Origin: Camelus dromedarius
Lineage: Eukaryota
Assembly (NCBI RefSeq): GCF_036321535.1
Contig: NC_087436.1
Coordinates: 117,988,001 to 118,052,000 of the forward strand
Direction: 5' to 3'
DNA length: 64,000 nucleotides
Shown here: in pieces, positions 61,801 through 64,000 of the stretch
Layout of the letters: each line of letters begins with the position of its first letter
How positions within the stretch are numbered: position 1 is the first letter of the stretch
Translations under genes and position numbers: made by a program
Notes under the pieces: model-generated
Seen by the model: only the letters and a program-made list of their open reading frames with translations
What the model was told of the DNA's origin: nothing
Databases searched by the model: none

Positions 61801-62390
61801 GCTCTCCCAAACCAGTTATTGGGTGGCTGATGATGCAGACACCTGCCTGGAGATCTGTCTCATAAGCAATTTAAAGCTAAACGAGAGCTGAAAATATGCC
61901 ACTGCATAACTGTACCATGACCATCTAAATTCTGACGGCAAACATTTAACTTGCATCCACATAATATTAACAGCAGCTGTAACTTACTGATGCCTTTGTG
62001 GACAACTTTTCATACCTCACTGGGAATTAATATCACAGCTCAGCCAGGGAAGTCTCAGAACCTGCATTTTGCTAGAGAGTTTACAGAGGACCTCAGGAAA
62101 ACTGCCCAGGGTCCCATGGCCTGTGTATGGATCAGCTGGGAATCACACACAGGCCTGCCTAACGCCAGTGTCTGGCACCTAACGCTCTTCCTTGTGCCAC
62201 CTCTGGAGGCCTACAGGAAAATGCATCTCTCACAGATATGTAGGACCACGCCGACTGAGACCACTACACAGACCAGGCTCTGATGGAGGTCTCTTTGTGC
62301 AGATACCTACAGGAAGATGGTAACGACACATCTGACAGCACTCGGTCGTTAGCAACAGGCATCTCAGATACCACCTTCAGAAAACATTTG

Positions 62391-63266
62391 CAGAAGGCGC
62401 CGGAAAAGATGTTCAATATTGCTAATCATTAGGGAAATACAAATCAAAACTGCAATGAGGTTATCACCTCACACCAGTCAGAATGGCCATCATTCAGAAG
62501 TCTGCAAATAATAAACGCTGGAGAGACTGGAGAAAAGGAACCATCCTGTGCTGCTGATGGGAATGTAAATGGGTGCAGCCCCTATGGAAAACAGTGTGGA
62601 GATTCCTTAAAAAAACTAAACATAGACTTACCATGTGATCCAGCAATCCCACTCTGGATAGAAGGAACTTTAATTTGAAAAGATACATGCACCCCAGTGT
62701 TCACAGCAGCACTATTTACAACAGCCAAGATGTGGAAACGACCTAAAAATCCATCAGCAGATGAATGGATGAAGTTGGGGTATATTTACACAATGGAATA
62801 CTGCTCAGCCATAAAAAGAATAAAATAATGCCATTTGCAGTAACATGGATGGACCTGGAGATCATTCTAAGTGAAACAAGCTAGAAAGTGAAAGAAAAAT
62901 ACCATAGGATATCACTTATATGTGGAATCTAAAAAAAAAAGACACAAATGAACTTATTACAAAACAGAGAGAAACTCAAAGACATAGAGAACAAACTTAC
63001 AGTTACTGGGGGATAAAGGGGAGTAAGGAGGGATAAGTTGGGAGTTTGAGATTTGCAAATACTAGCTACTAATATAAAATAGATAAAAAACAAGTTTGTA
63101 CTGTGTAGCACAGGGAACTATATTCAGCATCTTGTAGTAACCTGTAATGAAAAAGAATATGAAAAGGAATATACTTATGTACATGTGTGACTGAAACATG
63201 ATGCTGTGTGCCAGAAATTGACACTACGTTGTAAACTGACTGCTTCAATAAAAAAGAATGCAAATA
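62391..63266 (+). mobile_element. 5'-truncated LINE-1 in STK32B intron 1
   Basis: L1 ORF2 end + 3'UTR, AATAAA 63247-63252; TSD aaaacatttg 62381-62390 / 63267-63276. Confidence 0.92.
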
Positions 63267-64000
63267 AAAACATTTGTTGAGCAGTCATATCATAAATACT
63301 AGTTCTGGGACTGAAAACAAAATTATCTACCATTCCAGATTCATGTCAAAACTGTTTTGAAGTTATTTTTTCCTTTCCTGTTTTTATCCACGTCTAGACA
63401 TTTTTATATAAAAGTACACTTGCCACAAATAAAATGATTTCTGCTTTTTCTCTTAGCATCAGATTTTAAGTACTTTATGTTGCCATAATGTCTTCACAGT
63501 TATTATTTTAATGAGCTGTAATACTCCATCAGATGGAACTATCATAATTTACTTAAATGTTTTCTTGTTAGATGTGCAGGCTGCTTTCAGCTTTTCTTTC
63601 TTTTTTCTTTCTGGAGGAGGCACCCAGATCAGCTTTTCATCCTTATAAGTTGTTTGAAAATTTTGTACATACAGCATTTCTCTTCTTTTAAGTGAATTCC
63701 TTCAATGAGGTGCAAGGAGCAAGATTAGTGGATCAAAGGATTGATTACTTTTTAGGATTCCAGAAACATGTTCTTAAATTGTGTTTCCAAAGGGTTTTTT
63801 AAACAACATTTTACCAATTTATGGCCAGTGTCCACATTTGAGGATATTGATTTCACAACCTCAGAACCAGCTCTGGGTATTTTCATTTCAGATTGTTGTG
63901 GGTTACAGGGGCACTTAAAAAGAAGTGTTACTGGGCCAGGTAACCTCACGTGCAGTCTAGAACGTGAAAGCATCTTCTTGGTTTAAATAAATAGATCACA

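Overview
Mammalian (eukaryotic, intron-containing) genomic DNA. Two tRNA-derived SINEs resembling the camelid Vic-1 family suggest a camelid (alpaca/llama/camel), by inference. The window holds the complete four-exon CYTL1 gene on the minus strand (135 aa, CDS 26368->21988, poly(A) signal at 21445-21450). About 32 kb away and divergently oriented lie the CpG-island promoter and first coding exon of STK32B on the plus strand (ATG 58520; intron 1 runs off the window). This matches the known MSX1-CYTL1-STK32B synteny. The rest is intergenic/intronic: many 5'-truncated L1 copies with readable target-site duplications (TSDs), ERV1 solo LTRs, MaLR/ERVL LTRs, MER20, L2, MIR, several orphan CpG-rich patches and CTCF/enhancer-like motif clusters. 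Nearly all ORFs in the supplied track are spurious or L1 remnants. I found no convincing new biological system. The most notable observations are a ~450-bp poly(A)-tailed, TSD-flanked retroposed non-repeat insert at 42793-43242, the IL-4/GM-CSF-like exon architecture of CYTL1, upstream ATGs in front of STK32B, an inverted LTR pair near its promoter and a hairpin made of two opposed splice-donor consensus sites. Repeat family names are recognised by eye and their boundaries are approximate unless TSDs are quoted.
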